Made by a program: the position numbers and the translations under genes. From Gammaproteobacteria bacterium (lineage in GTDB: Bacteria > Pseudomonadota > Gammaproteobacteria > SURF-13), in NCBI GenBank assembly GCA_030680605.1, contig JAUXUQ010000012.1:22339-86338 (forward strand): a stretch of 64,000 nucleotides of DNA, read 5' to 3'. The notes under the pieces are model-generated. The model was not told where the DNA came from and ran no database searches. It worked only from the letters and a program-made list of their open reading frames with translations. Below are positions 11,382 to 23,474 of this stretch, one piece after another. Every line of letters begins with the position of its first letter. Position 1 is the first letter of the stretch.

Positions 11382-11530
11382 GTGCTGTACAAGGACGTAC
11401 GAATGTCGCGCGCGCAGGACGCGCAGGAGCGACCGTTGCAGCTTGTCTCCGCTGCTCACATGCTGGCGTGTATGCTGTGCTGTACAAGGATGTATGAATG
11501 TCGCGAGCGCAGGATGCGCAGGAGCGACCG
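11382..11530 (+). repeat. Two direct 54-bp copies (11382-11435, 11477-11530) of the GGA-hairpin repeat
   Basis: gtgctgtacaaggaYgtaYgaatgtcgcgNgcgcaggaYgcgcaggagcgaccg twice, 41-bp spacer. Confidence 0.93.
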
Positions 11531-11560
11531 CTGCTTGACGGCGCTGCGCCTTGTCTTGAA

Positions 11561-12052
11561 TCAAAATCCATCATTTTCAGAGGCACCCTGCTTTGCTTCC
11601 TGTTTCATTTCGTCTATGGCCTGATTCGCCAACTGGTCGGCGATTTCATTTTCCGGGTGACCGTTGTGGCCGCGCACCCAGTGCCACGTTACCTTGTGTG
11701 TCGCGACAACGGCGTCCAGCCGCTGCCACAGATCGACATTCTTGACCGGCTTTTTGTCTGCCGTTTTCCAGCCGCGTCGCTTCCAGCTGTTGATCCACTG
11801 ACTGATGCCCTGATGTACATACTGTGAATCGGTTGTGACTGCTGCCTCACATGACCTTTTGAGTGATTCCAGCGCCTGAATCACGGCCATGAGTTCCATC
11901 CGGTTATTGGTGGTATGCGCCTCCGCGCCGAAGAGGGTCTTCTCCGTGCCCTGATAACGCAGCAACGCACCCCAACCGCCGGGGCCGGGATTGCCGCGGC
12001 AGGCACCATCGGTAAATATTTCCACCACGCTGGTGGAGCCGGCTTCAGTCAT
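11561..12052 (-). CDS. rnhA: Ribonuclease HI
   Basis: [37 protein letters not shown]; start chosen at ATG 12052. Confidence 0.96.
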   Translation of the reverse strand: MTEAGSTSVVEIFTDGACRGNPGPGGWGALLRYQGTEKTLFGAEAHTTNNRMELMAVIQALESLKRSCEAAVTTDSQYVHQGISQWINSWKRRGWKTADKKPVKNVDLWQRLDAVVATHKVTWHWVRGHNGHPENEIADQLANQAIDEMKQEAKQGASENDGF

Positions 12053-12836
12053 GGTGCCGTACCTTGCCCGCACTGGTCTCGGGCATGCGTACCGGCACCA
12101 GTCGCCGCGTCGATTCCCAGCGTGGCTTGATCGGCGTGAGTGTTGCTACACGTTTTTTTGCCAGCAGCAGATAGGCGCCGCCCCAGGCGGGCCAGGTACG
12201 CGCGCCCAGTTTCTCCATAAAATCCAGACGCTGCATGATACCGGGGTGACGCAGCGGCGGACGAAAAAAGAACGGTCGTTGCGCCACCACCTCAAATCCG
12301 AGCAGCGCCAGCCAGTCCTTGATCCGCAGCAGGCTGAGAAAACGGCCACACCACGGCGGACGGCCACTGCGCATCAGCGCCAGTCGCCACAGCCCCCACA
12401 GGCTCCACGGATTAAAACCCAGAATGACCACATGGCCCTCGGGAATCAGCACCCGCTCGGCCTCGCGCAACACGCCATGCGGGTCGGCCTCGAATTCCAG
12501 CGTATGCGCCAGCAGCACGACATCCACCGCGTCGGTCGCCACCGGCAGGGCATCAGGTCGACTATAGACCCCCGGCGCAACTTTTCCCGCCCCTTCCAGA
12601 TCGCTCACCAGGACTACGCGGTGGGTAATACGGCTGCTGGCGAGCAGATCGACATCCGTCAGGCTGCCGATCTGGAGCGCGTGATAGCCAAACAGGTTGG
12701 GCAGAAACTCCGCCAGTTGCGCACGCTCCATATCGAGCAGCCAACGCCCCAGGCTCAGCCGATACCAGGCCCGCTGCAGGCGTCTTGTGCCTGATTGCGG
12801 TGTGGCACCACCCTCATGTCCGTTACTGTGTCTCAT
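12045..12836 (-). CDS. Class I SAM-dependent methyltransferase (YafS-like)
   Basis: [39 protein letters not shown]; usual gloB-rnhA neighbourhood. Confidence 0.85.
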   Translation of the reverse strand: MRHSNGHEGGATPQSGTRRLQRAWYRLSLGRWLLDMERAQLAEFLPNLFGYHALQIGSLTDVDLLASSRITHRVVLVSDLEGAGKVAPGVYSRPDALPVATDAVDVVLLAHTLEFEADPHGVLREAERVLIPEGHVVILGFNPWSLWGLWRLALMRSGRPPWCGRFLSLLRIKDWLALLGFEVVAQRPFFFRPPLRHPGIMQRLDFMEKLGARTWPAWGGAYLLLAKKRVATLTPIKPRWESTRRLVPVRMPETSAGKVRHHD

Positions 12837-12926
12837 AAGCCTGATTCAGTGCTGCTCTGCCTGTATTGGAGCGGGCCACGCTGCATCCGGATTGACCTCG
12901 CGCTGGCACGGTGTAGCATGTGACGC

Positions 12927-13706
12927 ATGATGCAGGTTCGCCCCGTAGCCGCCTTCAGGGACAATTATATCTGGCTCGCCGGTCATGCCGACAGCCGCCG
13001 CGTGGCGATTGTCGATCCGGGCGACGCCCAGCCGGTACTCAATGCCCTGCGGCGTGACGCCCTCACACCGTGCGCGGTACTGATCACCCATCACCATCAC
13101 GACCACGTTGGTGGCGTCACTGAACTGCTGCGTCATTTCGGCCTGCCGGTGTATGGTCCCGCCCGTGAAGCGATACCCGCGCTCAGCCATCCGTTGCACG
13201 AGGGCGACCAAGTGGTGCTGGAGGAGGCGGGCCTCCGCCTTAACGTACTCGACGTGCCGGGCCACACCCGGGGCGCCATCGCCTATCACGGTAACGGCGG
13301 GCTGTTTTGCGGCGACACGCTGTTCACTGCGGGCTGCGGTTACCTGTTTGAGGGCACGGCAACCCAAATGTACCACGCTTTGAGCAAACTCGCCGGGCTG
13401 CCGCCTGAAACACAGGTATACTGCGGCCATGAATACACGGCCGACAATCTGGCCTTTGCCCGCGTGGTCGAACCCCATAACCCGGACATCCTCAGCCGCA
13501 GCAGCGATGTCGACCGCCTGCGTGAGCAAGGCCTGCCGACGGTTCCCGCCCCCTTAGCACTGGAATTGCGCACCAACCCGTTTTTGCGTTGTCATATCCC
13601 TGCCGTTGCGGCGGCGGCGGAGCGCTATGCTGGCCGCCGTCTGGCCGAGGCGGCCGACGTGTTCGCAGTTGTGCGGGCTTGGAAAGACGATTTAGACAAA
13701 GTATAA
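12927..13706 (+). CDS. gloB: Hydroxyacylglutathione hydrolase
   Basis: THHHHDHVGG, PGHT, FCGDTLF, CGHEYT, TNPFLR. Confidence 0.95.
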   Translation: MMQVRPVAAFRDNYIWLAGHADSRRVAIVDPGDAQPVLNALRRDALTPCAVLITHHHHDHVGGVTELLRHFGLPVYGPAREAIPALSHPLHEGDQVVLEEAGLRLNVLDVPGHTRGAIAYHGNGGLFCGDTLFTAGCGYLFEGTATQMYHALSKLAGLPPETQVYCGHEYTADNLAFARVVEPHNPDILSRSSDVDRLREQGLPTVPAPLALELRTNPFLRCHIPAVAAAAERYAGRRLAEAADVFAVVRAWKDDLDKV

Positions 13707-13758
13707 TTTACAGGCTTCTGGTTGACCTCCCTCCCCCTGGCTTCTACCATTTTTCGTT

Positions 13759-15147
13759 ATGGGAAAACTGAAACAACGTTACACCGCAGGAAAATGCTGC
13801 CTCATGCTCACCCTGAGCCTGGGGCTGGTCGCCTGTGCCCAGCAACCCCGTGACACAGCCGCTGCGCCATCCCCAACGATCAGCGATAACCTGTCGAAAG
13901 AAGTAGAAAAACAAGGGGATCCCCCCGCCTCCGACAGCACCGAGGCCTCTGCTTCCACCATACCTGACACCCCTTCTGATTCCGCGCCCGAACACCCCCT
14001 CACCACCACCCGCCCGGGCCTGTGGGACAGCTTGGAGCAGCAGTTAACGCCACCCGATACGCCCACCGCCGAGGCCGACTCGCCCTCAGACTTGTGGCAC
14101 CGGATCCGCGCCGGTTTTGCACTCCCCCATTACGATCACCCCAAGGTGCAGGCCGAGGCCCGCGCATACGCCACCTCGCAGGAGCATGTCGATACCGTCA
14201 CTCAGCGTGCCACGCCTTATATGTACTACGTGGTACAAGAGCTGGAGAAGCGCGGCATGCCCACCGAAATTGCGCTGGTGCCCATTATCGAGAGCGCCTA
14301 CTCGCCGGGGGCAGTATCCGCCAGCGGGGCGGCAGGCATCTGGCAGTTCATCCCCTCCACCGGGCGCCATATGGGCCTGACCCGCAACTTCTGGTACGAC
14401 GGTCGGCGTGATGTCATCGCCTCGACCGCTGCAGCGCTGACCTATCTGCAGCGGCTCAATACCGAGTTCGACGGCGACTGGCTGATCACCCTCGCGGCCT
14501 ATAACGCGGGTGAAGGCAGACTGCGGCGCGCCATACAAAAGAATCAGCGGGCTGGAAGGCCTGCCGACTTCTGGTCACTCGACCTGCCGCAGGAAACAGC
14601 GACCTATGTACCGCGCCTGCTCGGCATCGCCGCCCTCGTGAACCATCCGGAAGAATTCGGCATTACCCTCGCCAGCATTCCCAACGCCCCCTACCTCGCC
14701 AGCGTGGACGTCGACAACCAGATCAACCTCAATGTGGCGGCCCAGATTGCCGGCATGTCACGCGACGAACTCAGACGGCTGAACCCGGGCCTGCTGCGCG
14801 GCATCACCGACCCCAAGGGCACAACCACGCTGTTACTGCCTGCAGACAAGGCCGAAAAGTTCAGCCGGCGCCTCGCCAGCATCGATCCTGGCACACTGCA
14901 GTCACACTCACTGGCAAAACCGCAAGCCAGCAAGCAAAGCGCGCCCAAACAGGCATCCGGCGTGACTGCGCCAGGGCAGCAGAAAAAATATGTTGTACGC
15001 CAGGGCGACACGCTGGGCGCCATTGCCCGCGACTTCAGTATCAGTTTGGCGCAACTGGAACGCTGGAATGCAGACCAGTTAAATGGTAAATATCTGACAC
15101 CCGGCATCACGCTGAAGATTTACCCGCCTGCAAAAGCCGGTTCGTAA
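13759..15147 (+). CDS. mltD: Lytic murein transglycosylase D-like lipoprotein with LysM
   Basis: Lipobox LVAC, PIIESAY, AAGIWQF, AAYNAGEG, C-terminal LysM YVVRQGDTL. Confidence 0.85.
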   Translation: MGKLKQRYTAGKCCLMLTLSLGLVACAQQPRDTAAAPSPTISDNLSKEVEKQGDPPASDSTEASASTIPDTPSDSAPEHPLTTTRPGLWDSLEQQLTPPDTPTAEADSPSDLWHRIRAGFALPHYDHPKVQAEARAYATSQEHVDTVTQRATPYMYYVVQELEKRGMPTEIALVPIIESAYSPGAVSASGAAGIWQFIPSTGRHMGLTRNFWYDGRRDVIASTAAALTYLQRLNTEFDGDWLITLAAYNAGEGRLRRAIQKNQRAGRPADFWSLDLPQETATYVPRLLGIAALVNHPEEFGITLASIPNAPYLASVDVDNQINLNVAAQIAGMSRDELRRLNPGLLRGITDPKGTTTLLLPADKAEKFSRRLASIDPGTLQSHSLAKPQASKQSAPKQASGVTAPGQQKKYVVRQGDTLGAIARDFSISLAQLERWNADQLNGKYLTPGITLKIYPPAKAGS

Positions 15148-15176
15148 ACCACCGTCATCCTGCGAGGAGGCCAGCC

Positions 15177-16109
15177 ATGCGAGCAATCCGCATCCACCAA
15201 TTCGGTGGTGCTGAGGTTTTGCGTTATGAAGACGCCCCGCAACCTGTGCCGGGCGCCGACGAAGTACTGATACGGGTGCATGCCGCCGGGGTCAACCCGG
15301 TGGACGCCAAGATCCGCGCCGGCAAACTACAGGGACGCGTTGACCACAGGCTGCCCCTGATACTGGGCTGGGATGTCGCGGGCACCATTGAACAAACCGG
15401 CGCCGATGTTACCCAATTCAAGCCCGGTGATGCCGTGTACGCACGTCCTGACATCGCACGTGATGGCGCCTACGCCGAATACATCGTCGTGCGCGCGAGC
15501 GAGGTGGCGCTGAAGCCGGAGTCCCTCGACTTCATCCATGCTGCCGCCGTCCCGCTCTCCGCACTCACCGCCTGGCAGTCGCTATTTGTTGCAGGCGATC
15601 TTCAGCCCGGCCAGACCATCCTGATTCATGCTGGCGCGGGCGGTGTCGGTCACTATGCGCTGCAACTCGCGCACTGGAAGGGCGCTCACGTCATCACCAC
15701 CGCCTCGGCGCGTAATGCCGACTTTGTGCGCGCGCTCGGCGCCGACGACGTGATTGATTACACCAGCGCCCGCTTCGAAGACGCCGTGCACGAGGCAGAC
15801 ATGGTGTTTGATACCGTGGGTGGCGACGTGCAGCAGCATTCATGGCAGGTATTAAAGCGAGGCGGCATACTGGTGTCCATCCTCGCACTCACTGTGCCCG
15901 ACGAGGCTGAACAACGTGGCTGGCGCTCCGCCTACGTGTTCGTACAACCCAGCGCACAACAACTTGCACAACTCGCCAGCCTGATTGATGCGGGCAGCAT
16001 CAATCCGCATGTCGATAATGTGATGGCCTTGAGCGATGCCGCCAAGGCCCACATCCTGATTCAGGGCGGCCACGCCCGCGGCAAGATCGTACTCAACGTC
16101 CTGCAGTAA
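15177..16109 (+). CDS. NADP-dependent oxidoreductase (MDR/quinone reductase family)
   Basis: AAGVNPVD, LGWDVAG, GAYAEY, HAGAGGVG, GKIVL. Confidence 0.9.
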   Translation: MRAIRIHQFGGAEVLRYEDAPQPVPGADEVLIRVHAAGVNPVDAKIRAGKLQGRVDHRLPLILGWDVAGTIEQTGADVTQFKPGDAVYARPDIARDGAYAEYIVVRASEVALKPESLDFIHAAAVPLSALTAWQSLFVAGDLQPGQTILIHAGAGGVGHYALQLAHWKGAHVITTASARNADFVRALGADDVIDYTSARFEDAVHEADMVFDTVGGDVQQHSWQVLKRGGILVSILALTVPDEAEQRGWRSAYVFVQPSAQQLAQLASLIDAGSINPHVDNVMALSDAAKAHILIQGGHARGKIVLNVLQ

Positions 16110-16123
16110 GCACGCAGGCCGTA

Positions 16124-17962
16124 CTAGGCGTGCTCGGCGATTTTCGGCACCGCACTCAACAGCGTTTTTGTATACGGGTGCTGCGGATTGCGCAACACCT
16201 CTCCGGCACTGCCGGACTCGACAATCCTGCCTTGATGCATCACGGCCACGTCATCGGCAAGATATTCCACCACCGCGATATTATGGGTGATAAAGAGGTA
16301 GGCAATACCCAGTTCGCGCTGCAATTCTTTCAGCAGATTAAGGGTCTGCGCCTGCACAGACACATCAAGCGCGCTGGTCGGCTCGTCACACACCAGCAGC
16401 TTGGGGCGAACCGCCAGCGCGCGGGCGATGCTGATGCGCTGGCGTTGCCCGCCCGAGAATTCATGCGGATAGCGCAGCCCGGCCTCGGCCGGCAACCCGA
16501 CCTGCTCCAGCACCTGCGCTATACGCGCAGCACGATCGGCCGCTGTTTTGCCCACACCCTGCGCGACCATGCCCTCCTCAATAATGTCTGCCACGATCAT
16601 GCGCGGATTGAGTGATGAATAGGGGTCCTGAAAAATAATCTGAAAATCCGCGCGCCGCGCGCGCAGGCTGGCGCCGCGCAACTGCGTCAATTCGTCACCG
16701 GCAAACCGCACGCTGCCTGCCGTCGGACGTATGAGTTGCAGAATGCCCTTGCCCACCGTGGTCTTGCCGGAACCGGACTCGCCCACCAGGGCCAGCGTGC
16801 GCCCGGCGCGGATGCTGAGTGAAACGCCATCCACTGCGCGCACATGTCCCACCACGCGCTTGAACACCCCCTGCTCTATGGGAAAGTAGACCTTGAGGTC
16901 TTTCACGGTCAGCAGCTCTTCGCCCACCGATGCTGTGTCAGTCTGCACCGCCTGCGCCGCTACCCGTACCGGTTGCGGTGGCGCTGAGGACTGATAACGT
17001 GCATCGTGCAAATGACAACGCACGGCCGCGTGCGCCCCGGCGGCAAGCAAGTCCGGCGTGCGGTCATGGCAGGTCTGCCAGGCAGATTCGCAGCGCGGCG
17101 CAAAGCGGCACCCTGTAAACGTCTGTGTCAGCGGCGGTACCCGGCCCTGTATCACGGCCAGACGCGTGCCGCGCTTGCCCAGCGTGGGCACGGACTCGAA
17201 CAGCTTCCGCGTATACGGATGTCGCGGCACGGCAAACAGCTCCGTCCGTGGCGCCTGCTCTACAATCTGGCCCGCGTACATCACCGCCACCCGTGCGGCC
17301 ATCTCCGACACCACGCCAAGATCATGGGTGATCAGCAGCAGCGCCATGCCCGTATCTTTTTGCAACCGACGCAGCAGCTCCAGTATCTGGGCCTGTATCG
17401 TCACGTCGAGTGCCGTGGTAGGTTCATCGGCAATCAGCAGTTCCGGCTCACCCGCCAGCGCGATGGCAATCATCACACGCTGCTTCATACCGCCGGAAAG
17501 CTGGTGCGGAAAATCATGGTAGCGCCGTTGCGGCTCGGCTATACCTACCGCGTCCAGCAATTCTATCGCTCGCATCTGTGCGGCACCCGCCGTGATGCCA
17601 TGGTGGCAGCGCAATGCCTCGCTGATCTGCATACCAATGGTCAGCACCGCATTCAGGCTGGTCATCGGCTCCTGAAATATCATCGCGATGCGCCCACCAC
17701 GCACACTGCGCATGTCACGCTCGGGCAGCGCCAGCAGGTCCTGGCCTTCCAGCCATACCTCACCCGACACGCCGGCAGTAGCCGGCAGCAGGCGCATGAT
17801 GGAGAGCGCGCTCAGTGATTTGCCACTGCCGGACTCGCCCAGCAGGGCGAAGGTCTCACCACGCGCGATCTCGAAACTTACCTCGTCGACCGCGCACAAC
17901 CTGCCCTGCCCGGACTCAAACCAGGTGCTGAGATTACGTACACAGAGCAGTGTGTTGTTCAT
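16124..17962 (-). CDS. Peptide ABC transporter ATP-binding protein (two fused ATPase domains)
   Basis: Two GESGSGK Walker A motifs, LSGGMKQR and FSGGQRQR. Confidence 0.92.
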   Translation of the reverse strand: MNNTLLCVRNLSTWFESGQGRLCAVDEVSFEIARGETFALLGESGSGKSLSALSIMRLLPATAGVSGEVWLEGQDLLALPERDMRSVRGGRIAMIFQEPMTSLNAVLTIGMQISEALRCHHGITAGAAQMRAIELLDAVGIAEPQRRYHDFPHQLSGGMKQRVMIAIALAGEPELLIADEPTTALDVTIQAQILELLRRLQKDTGMALLLITHDLGVVSEMAARVAVMYAGQIVEQAPRTELFAVPRHPYTRKLFESVPTLGKRGTRLAVIQGRVPPLTQTFTGCRFAPRCESAWQTCHDRTPDLLAAGAHAAVRCHLHDARYQSSAPPQPVRVAAQAVQTDTASVGEELLTVKDLKVYFPIEQGVFKRVVGHVRAVDGVSLSIRAGRTLALVGESGSGKTTVGKGILQLIRPTAGSVRFAGDELTQLRGASLRARRADFQIIFQDPYSSLNPRMIVADIIEEGMVAQGVGKTAADRAARIAQVLEQVGLPAEAGLRYPHEFSGGQRQRISIARALAVRPKLLVCDEPTSALDVSVQAQTLNLLKELQRELGIAYLFITHNIAVVEYLADDVAVMHQGRIVESGSAGEVLRNPQHPYTKTLLSAVPKIAEHA

Positions 17963-19374
17963 TGCTTGCGCAACCTCGGGTCAAAGGCATCACGCACCAC
18001 ATCTGAAAACAGGTTCGCCGCCAGCACCAGCGCAAACATGAAGATAAAGGCCGCACACAGCGACCACCACACCATGGGATCACGCGCCATTTCCAGTCGC
18101 GCGCCGTTAATCATGTTGCCCCAGCTGAGCGTGCTCGGATCCACCCCCACACCCACGTACGACAGCACGGCCTCGGCCAGCACCAACCCGCTGAAATCGA
18201 GCACCACGCTGATCAGCACGATGTGCATGACATTGGGCAGGATATGGCGGCGGATGATCTGGAAGTGGCTGACACCAAAGGCCTGCGCAGCCTGGATGTA
18301 CTCCATCTCGCGCAACTTCAACGCCTCGCCCCGCAGCAAGCGGCACAACCCGGTCCAACTGGTAATGCCCAGTATGATGCACAAAAACAGCAATCGCAGA
18401 TCGGCGCGTTCGGCCAGCGTATCAAACTGCTCCGGGTGATTGGTGATGTAGACCTGCAAGCTCAGTATCGCCGCCGCGATCAACAGCACACCGGGTATCG
18501 AGTTGAGCGTGGTATAGGTGTATTGAATGACATCATCTGCCAGCCCCCGGAAATAGCCGGCCATGATGCCGAGCAAAATGGCGAATGGCAGCATCACCAG
18601 CGTGGTCAAGGTGCCAATCACCAATCCCGTGCGGATACTCTTCAGTGTCTGGTACAGCACGTCCTGTCCCACCTTGTCGGTGCCGAGCACGTGATATTTC
18701 AGACTCAACATGGACGCCCACAGCACCACCATGAGCATAACCAGCAGCGCCAGCCAGACTACCCGCCATGGCGTCTCGGTTTCGCCACGCACAATACGGC
18801 GCAGCATGACGCGCCACGCCACACGCTCGCGCCACGCCAGCAGGCCGGTGAACACTGCGCCTGCGGCCAAACCCAGCAACAGCGACAGCAGCACCGCCTG
18901 CGCGCTGGTCAGCAGAATATCCGCCGCCCGCTCCTGTGCCGGGTGCTGCAAATGCCGCCCGCCGTGCTGCAGGCGCGGAAATTCCCGGCTCTGGGTGCCG
19001 TCGGCATGCTCTACGGTTTCCTTGGTATAGAGATGGGTGGCAAACGGCGCCGAATAGGTCTTCTCGCTGCGCTCCCGCAACGGCGTAGCGACCAGATCAA
19101 ACACACTCAATACCTCGATGGAATACTCACGCTCGGCCTGCGGCTTGCCGCCATCCGGCAACGGCAACCTGAAATGCAGCGAGTCGAGCAGCCCGATCAA
19201 TACATAGGTGAGCAACACCACCAGCGAGACGGCCGCCATCCGGCTGCGCTTCACCTGTCGCCACGGCGCACGCAGGTGCTCCTTGCCGCGCACATGCACG
19301 GCGAACGCAATCACCGTGACCAGCAGCACGAAGATCAGCGCATCGGTAGGCAGAATAACAGGCAGAAATGGCAT
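17959..19374 (-). CDS. Peptide ABC transporter permease (DppC/OppC-like)
   Basis: LGTDKVGQD, EAA loop, HILPNV. Confidence 0.9.
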   Translation of the reverse strand: MPFLPVILPTDALIFVLLVTVIAFAVHVRGKEHLRAPWRQVKRSRMAAVSLVVLLTYVLIGLLDSLHFRLPLPDGGKPQAEREYSIEVLSVFDLVATPLRERSEKTYSAPFATHLYTKETVEHADGTQSREFPRLQHGGRHLQHPAQERAADILLTSAQAVLLSLLLGLAAGAVFTGLLAWRERVAWRVMLRRIVRGETETPWRVVWLALLVMLMVVLWASMLSLKYHVLGTDKVGQDVLYQTLKSIRTGLVIGTLTTLVMLPFAILLGIMAGYFRGLADDVIQYTYTTLNSIPGVLLIAAAILSLQVYITNHPEQFDTLAERADLRLLFLCIILGITSWTGLCRLLRGEALKLREMEYIQAAQAFGVSHFQIIRRHILPNVMHIVLISVVLDFSGLVLAEAVLSYVGVGVDPSTLSWGNMINGARLEMARDPMVWWSLCAAFIFMFALVLAANLFSDVVRDAFDPRLRKQ

Positions 19375-20352
19375 CTAGCCCAGCCTCACGCGCGGGTCTA
19401 CCAGGGTGTAGGAGATATCCGTCAGCACCAGCCCCACGATATAGAGCACCGAGCCCAGAAACACCATGGCGCGCACCACGGCGAAATCCTGTGAGTTGAT
19501 GGCGTCAATGGTGTAGCTGCCGAGGCCGGGAATGCCGAAAAACGACTCCAGTATCAGGCTGCCCATGAACAGCAGCGGCAACACCACTACCACTCCGGTC
19601 AGAATCGGAATCATGGCGTTCTTGAGTACGTGGTAAAACAACACCCGCAGTTCGGAGAGCCCCTTGGCGCGTGCCGTGCGCACGTAGTCCTTGCCGATTT
19701 CCTCGAGGAAGATTGTGCGGTACCAGCGGCTGCCGGAACCGATGCCGCTGACAATGCCGATAATCACCGGCAACAGAATAAACTTGAAGGCCTGCACGCC
19801 GGTGTCATAGCCGGACACCGGCACGATATGCAGCAGCTTGCTGATGAGGTACTGGCCGCCGATGATGTAGAACAGCCCCGAGATCGACATCAACACCACA
19901 CACAACACCACGCCTCCGACATCGATATAGGTGGCGCGGAAGAAGGCCATCAACAGCGCAAAGGTGATATTGGTCAGCAGCCCGATCAACAGCACCGGCA
20001 ACGCAATCGCCAGACTGGGCCACATGCGCTCGCGTATCTCCAGGCCGATATCGCGGCCGTCGTCGGAGCGGCCGAAGTCGAACACAAACAAGGCCAATGA
20101 TTTCTTGTAGAAAATGGTATCCGTCAGCTGTGCCGTGCCTTCAGCGCCACTGTTATATAACAGCGGCTTGTCATAGCCGCGCTCCACCTTCCACTTGTCG
20201 ATCGCCTCCTGCGTGACATGCTTTACACCCAGATGCACTCGCGCCATGTCATCCGGCTTGTTTACCACAAAAAACAGTGCGAAGGTCAGCAGGTTGACGC
20301 CAATCAGGATCGGGATCGCATACAACACACGGCGCAGGATATAGGCCATCAT
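19375..20352 (-). CDS. Peptide ABC transporter permease (DppB/OppB-like)
   Basis: MAYILRR start, DYVRTARAKGL, DPRVR. Confidence 0.9.
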   Translation of the reverse strand: MMAYILRRVLYAIPILIGVNLLTFALFFVVNKPDDMARVHLGVKHVTQEAIDKWKVERGYDKPLLYNSGAEGTAQLTDTIFYKKSLALFVFDFGRSDDGRDIGLEIRERMWPSLAIALPVLLIGLLTNITFALLMAFFRATYIDVGGVVLCVVLMSISGLFYIIGGQYLISKLLHIVPVSGYDTGVQAFKFILLPVIIGIVSGIGSGSRWYRTIFLEEIGKDYVRTARAKGLSELRVLFYHVLKNAMIPILTGVVVVLPLLFMGSLILESFFGIPGLGSYTIDAINSQDFAVVRAMVFLGSVLYIVGLVLTDISYTLVDPRVRLG

Positions 20353-22514
20353 TTGGCGGCACTCCGCTGTTTGCGCCTGTAACTCACCAGCGCCGGGGCC
20401 GCGCCCAACAGCAGCAGCGCCAGCAATGCCCACAGCGGCCACACCACAGGCTGGTTCCATGCCGCGCGCAGACGGGCACGCTCGTCGGGGTCAATGCGGA
20501 TGTACTTCAGGGTATTGTTCGCCATCTCGTTGGGCTTGGCATTGTGATACCAGCGATGGTACAGCCCGAATTTCTTGCGGTGCATGCCCCACAGCCAGGG
20601 CGCATCGTGGCGCACGATCTCGACCATGCGACTGATCACCGCCTGCCGCTCGGAGCCATTGTCCATGCTCTTCATCTGCTCAAACAGGCTGTCATACTCC
20701 GGGTTGCTGTAGTTCGAGGCGTTTTCGCCATTTTTGCCGGCCTTGGCATTCGGGCCATACAACAGAAACAGGAAATTTTCCGGGTCGGGGTAATCCGCAT
20801 TCCAGCCCCACTGGTAAATCTGTGCGTTGCCCTTGTGCATCTTCTCCTGAAAGCGGTTGAAGTCGGTATTGCGGATATCGAGTTGCAGGTCGAGCTTGAG
20901 AAACTGCTTGCGCAGCCAGTCGAGATACGACTTGTTGTCCGGCCCGCTGGCTGCGATATCAAAATGCAGCAGCAGCGGCTTGCCGGTTTCTGCGTCCCGG
21001 CCATTGGGGTAGCCCGCTTCCGCCAGCAGTTGCCGCGCAACGTCGATGGACTTGCGCTGCGGTTTGCCGTCTATCCAGTCATAGGTATACGGATTAATGC
21101 CCGGCTGCCCGTCTATGTGGCCAAATATGCCGGGCGGAATCGGGCCCTGCGCGGCCACCCCGCGACCATTGCGGAAAATGGAAATCATTTCCTCTTGGTC
21201 GATGGCGATCGCAATCGCCCGCCGCAGCTTGCGCGCACGCTCACCCATGCCGCCGATCACCGGGTCGAGCATGTTGAAGCCGATGTAGGAAATATCGGTG
21301 CCGACGCTGGTGCGCAAATGTATGCCGCGCTCACGCATCGGCTCGCTCACTGCGGCTTCGCCCTGCATGCCCACATTCACAGCCTGATCAAAAGTGTCGG
21401 AGCTGATGCCCGAGGTATCGTAATAGCCCTGCAAAAATTTGTTCCAGTACGGGATGCTTTCCTTCTCCAGACTGTACACCGCCTTGTCGATAAACGGCAG
21501 ACTGCGCCCGGCATCATTCAGCAGGCCGGCCTCATGATCGCCCGGCATGCCCTCGACGGGGTAGCTCTCCGCGTGATAATTGGGATTGCGCTCCAGCACC
21601 ATCTGCCGATTGGGATTATTCAGCGTGAGCATGTACGGCCCGGTGCCGACCGGATACCAGTCCAGCGACAGATTTTTTTCCGCCATGCCGGGCTGGGCAT
21701 AGAAGCGATCCACTTCCGGCGCCACCGGCGCGAAGAACGGCATCGCCAGCCAATACACAAGTTGCGGATATTTGCCATAGACCTTGATGCGGTAGGTATA
21801 GCGGTCTATCACCGTGGCGCCTTCCAGCGCATACCGGTTGAGATCAAGAAAGGCCTCCCGCCCGGCAGCGTCCTGCGCCTGCCGCAAGGTGGCTGCATAG
21901 TCCTTCAGGCCCACGATATGCTCGCTCATCAAGCCAAAAATCGGCGACTCGATACGTGGATGACCAAGCCGCTTGATCTGATAGACATAATCTGCCGCCA
22001 CCAGCTCGCGCGTATCATGTGCGGCAAAATCGTTCAGGCTGGTAACCGGCGCCAGCTCCTCCGGGGCCAGCGCCAGATAGCGCGAACTGTCATCTGCATT
22101 GCGCGCAAAGGCAGGGTGCGGCTGATAGCGGATACCGGGGCGGATGGAAATATCATAGATGCTGTAGGCAATCTCGTCCGTGGCGGCAGTGTCGGCTAAT
22201 TGCCGGCCGTCCTTGTCGAGATACACCGCTCGCGGCACAGCGTCCGCCGCCAGCGGTATCAGCGTATAAGGCCGCTTGAGATAGTGATATTGCAGCGGCG
22301 GCTCGTAGATCTGGGCGATCAGCGCATACTCGTTCTCCACATACGACTGCGCGGGGTCGAGGTGCTTGGGGCGCTGGTCAAACGAGCTGTAGAGGATATT
22401 GCTGTGATCTTCTGCCGCCGGGTAGGGATTGTTCCACGGACGGCCATCGCAGCCCGTCAGCGCGAGCAGCGCGCCGCAGAGCGGCCACAGCAAGGGCAGG
22501 GATAGCCGTTTCAT
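20349..22514 (-). CDS. Peptide ABC transporter substrate-binding lipoprotein (family 5)
   Basis: Lipobox [32 protein letters not shown]; C-terminal TM helix. Confidence 0.88.
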   Translation of the reverse strand: MKRLSLPLLWPLCGALLALTGCDGRPWNNPYPAAEDHSNILYSSFDQRPKHLDPAQSYVENEYALIAQIYEPPLQYHYLKRPYTLIPLAADAVPRAVYLDKDGRQLADTAATDEIAYSIYDISIRPGIRYQPHPAFARNADDSSRYLALAPEELAPVTSLNDFAAHDTRELVAADYVYQIKRLGHPRIESPIFGLMSEHIVGLKDYAATLRQAQDAAGREAFLDLNRYALEGATVIDRYTYRIKVYGKYPQLVYWLAMPFFAPVAPEVDRFYAQPGMAEKNLSLDWYPVGTGPYMLTLNNPNRQMVLERNPNYHAESYPVEGMPGDHEAGLLNDAGRSLPFIDKAVYSLEKESIPYWNKFLQGYYDTSGISSDTFDQAVNVGMQGEAAVSEPMRERGIHLRTSVGTDISYIGFNMLDPVIGGMGERARKLRRAIAIAIDQEEMISIFRNGRGVAAQGPIPPGIFGHIDGQPGINPYTYDWIDGKPQRKSIDVARQLLAEAGYPNGRDAETGKPLLLHFDIAASGPDNKSYLDWLRKQFLKLDLQLDIRNTDFNRFQEKMHKGNAQIYQWGWNADYPDPENFLFLLYGPNAKAGKNGENASNYSNPEYDSLFEQMKSMDNGSERQAVISRMVEIVRHDAPWLWGMHRKKFGLYHRWYHNAKPNEMANNTLKYIRIDPDERARLRAAWNQPVVWPLWALLALLLLGAAPALVSYRRKQRSAAK

Positions 22515-22631
22515 CAACGTCACAGTTTCGATTGGTGCGTGCAAGCCAAGGTTCTTTATAATACCCTATTCACGATCACACCGATTTCCGTTACCTTAAC
22601 CACAGCATGCCTGACACGAAAGGATAATGAT

Positions 22632-23414
22632 ATGGGATTTCTCGACGGAAAATGCGCACTCATCGTAGGCCTCGCCAGCAATCGCTCCATCGCCTGGGGC
22701 ATTGCCCAGGCCATGCAGCGGGAAGGGGCACAGCTCGCCTTCACCTACCAGAACGAACGCTTGCAGGAGCGGGTGGAGAAAATGGCGGCGGAGTGCGACT
22801 CGGTCATCACCCTGCCCTGCGATGTCAGCAACGACACCGAAATCGACGCAGTGTTCGAGCATCTGGATGACTACTGGGATCACCTCGACATCATCGTCCA
22901 CTCGGTGGCCTATGCGCCCCGCAACGAACTGGAGGGCAGCTACCTCGACGCCGTCACCCGCGAGGGCTTTCTCATCGCCCATGACATCAGCTCCTACAGC
23001 TTCACCGCGCTGGCCAAGGCCGGGCGCAACATGATGCAGGGCCGCAACGGCGCGCTGCTCACGCTCAGCTACCTCGGCGCGGAAAGCGTCGTGCCGAACT
23101 ACAATGTCATGGGGCTGGCCAAGGCCAGCCTTGAGGCTAACGTGCGCTACATGGCCGACAGCCTCGGCCCCGAGGGCATCCGCGTCAACGCGATCTCCGC
23201 CGGGCCGATCAAGACCCTGGCCGCCTCCGGCATCAGCGGTTTCGGCAAGATGCTCGAGCACACGGAAAAAAATGCCCCGCTGCGGCGCAACGTGACCACC
23301 GAAGATGTCGGCAATGCCGCCGCCTTCCTCTGCTCCGACCTCGCCGCCGGCATCACCGGCGAAGTCGTGCATGTCGACAGTGGCTATCACATCATCGGCG
23401 TAGGGACGCTATAA
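22632..23414 (+). CDS. fabI: Enoyl-ACP reductase
   Basis: [32 protein letters not shown]. Confidence 0.96.
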   Translation: MGFLDGKCALIVGLASNRSIAWGIAQAMQREGAQLAFTYQNERLQERVEKMAAECDSVITLPCDVSNDTEIDAVFEHLDDYWDHLDIIVHSVAYAPRNELEGSYLDAVTREGFLIAHDISSYSFTALAKAGRNMMQGRNGALLTLSYLGAESVVPNYNVMGLAKASLEANVRYMADSLGPEGIRVNAISAGPIKTLAASGISGFGKMLEHTEKNAPLRRNVTTEDVGNAAAFLCSDLAAGITGEVVHVDSGYHIIGVGTL

Positions 23415-23474
23415 GCGTACACGTCACCACTGGCCCGGGCTGGCCTTATTTTTCACCTGATCTGAGACCGTGAC

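Noticed and set aside
11382-11530. CRISPR mini-array (54-bp repeats, 41-bp spacer)
   Set aside because: Only two units, longer than typical CRISPR repeats, no cas genes in the window, and a dispersed copy lies inside msrB.
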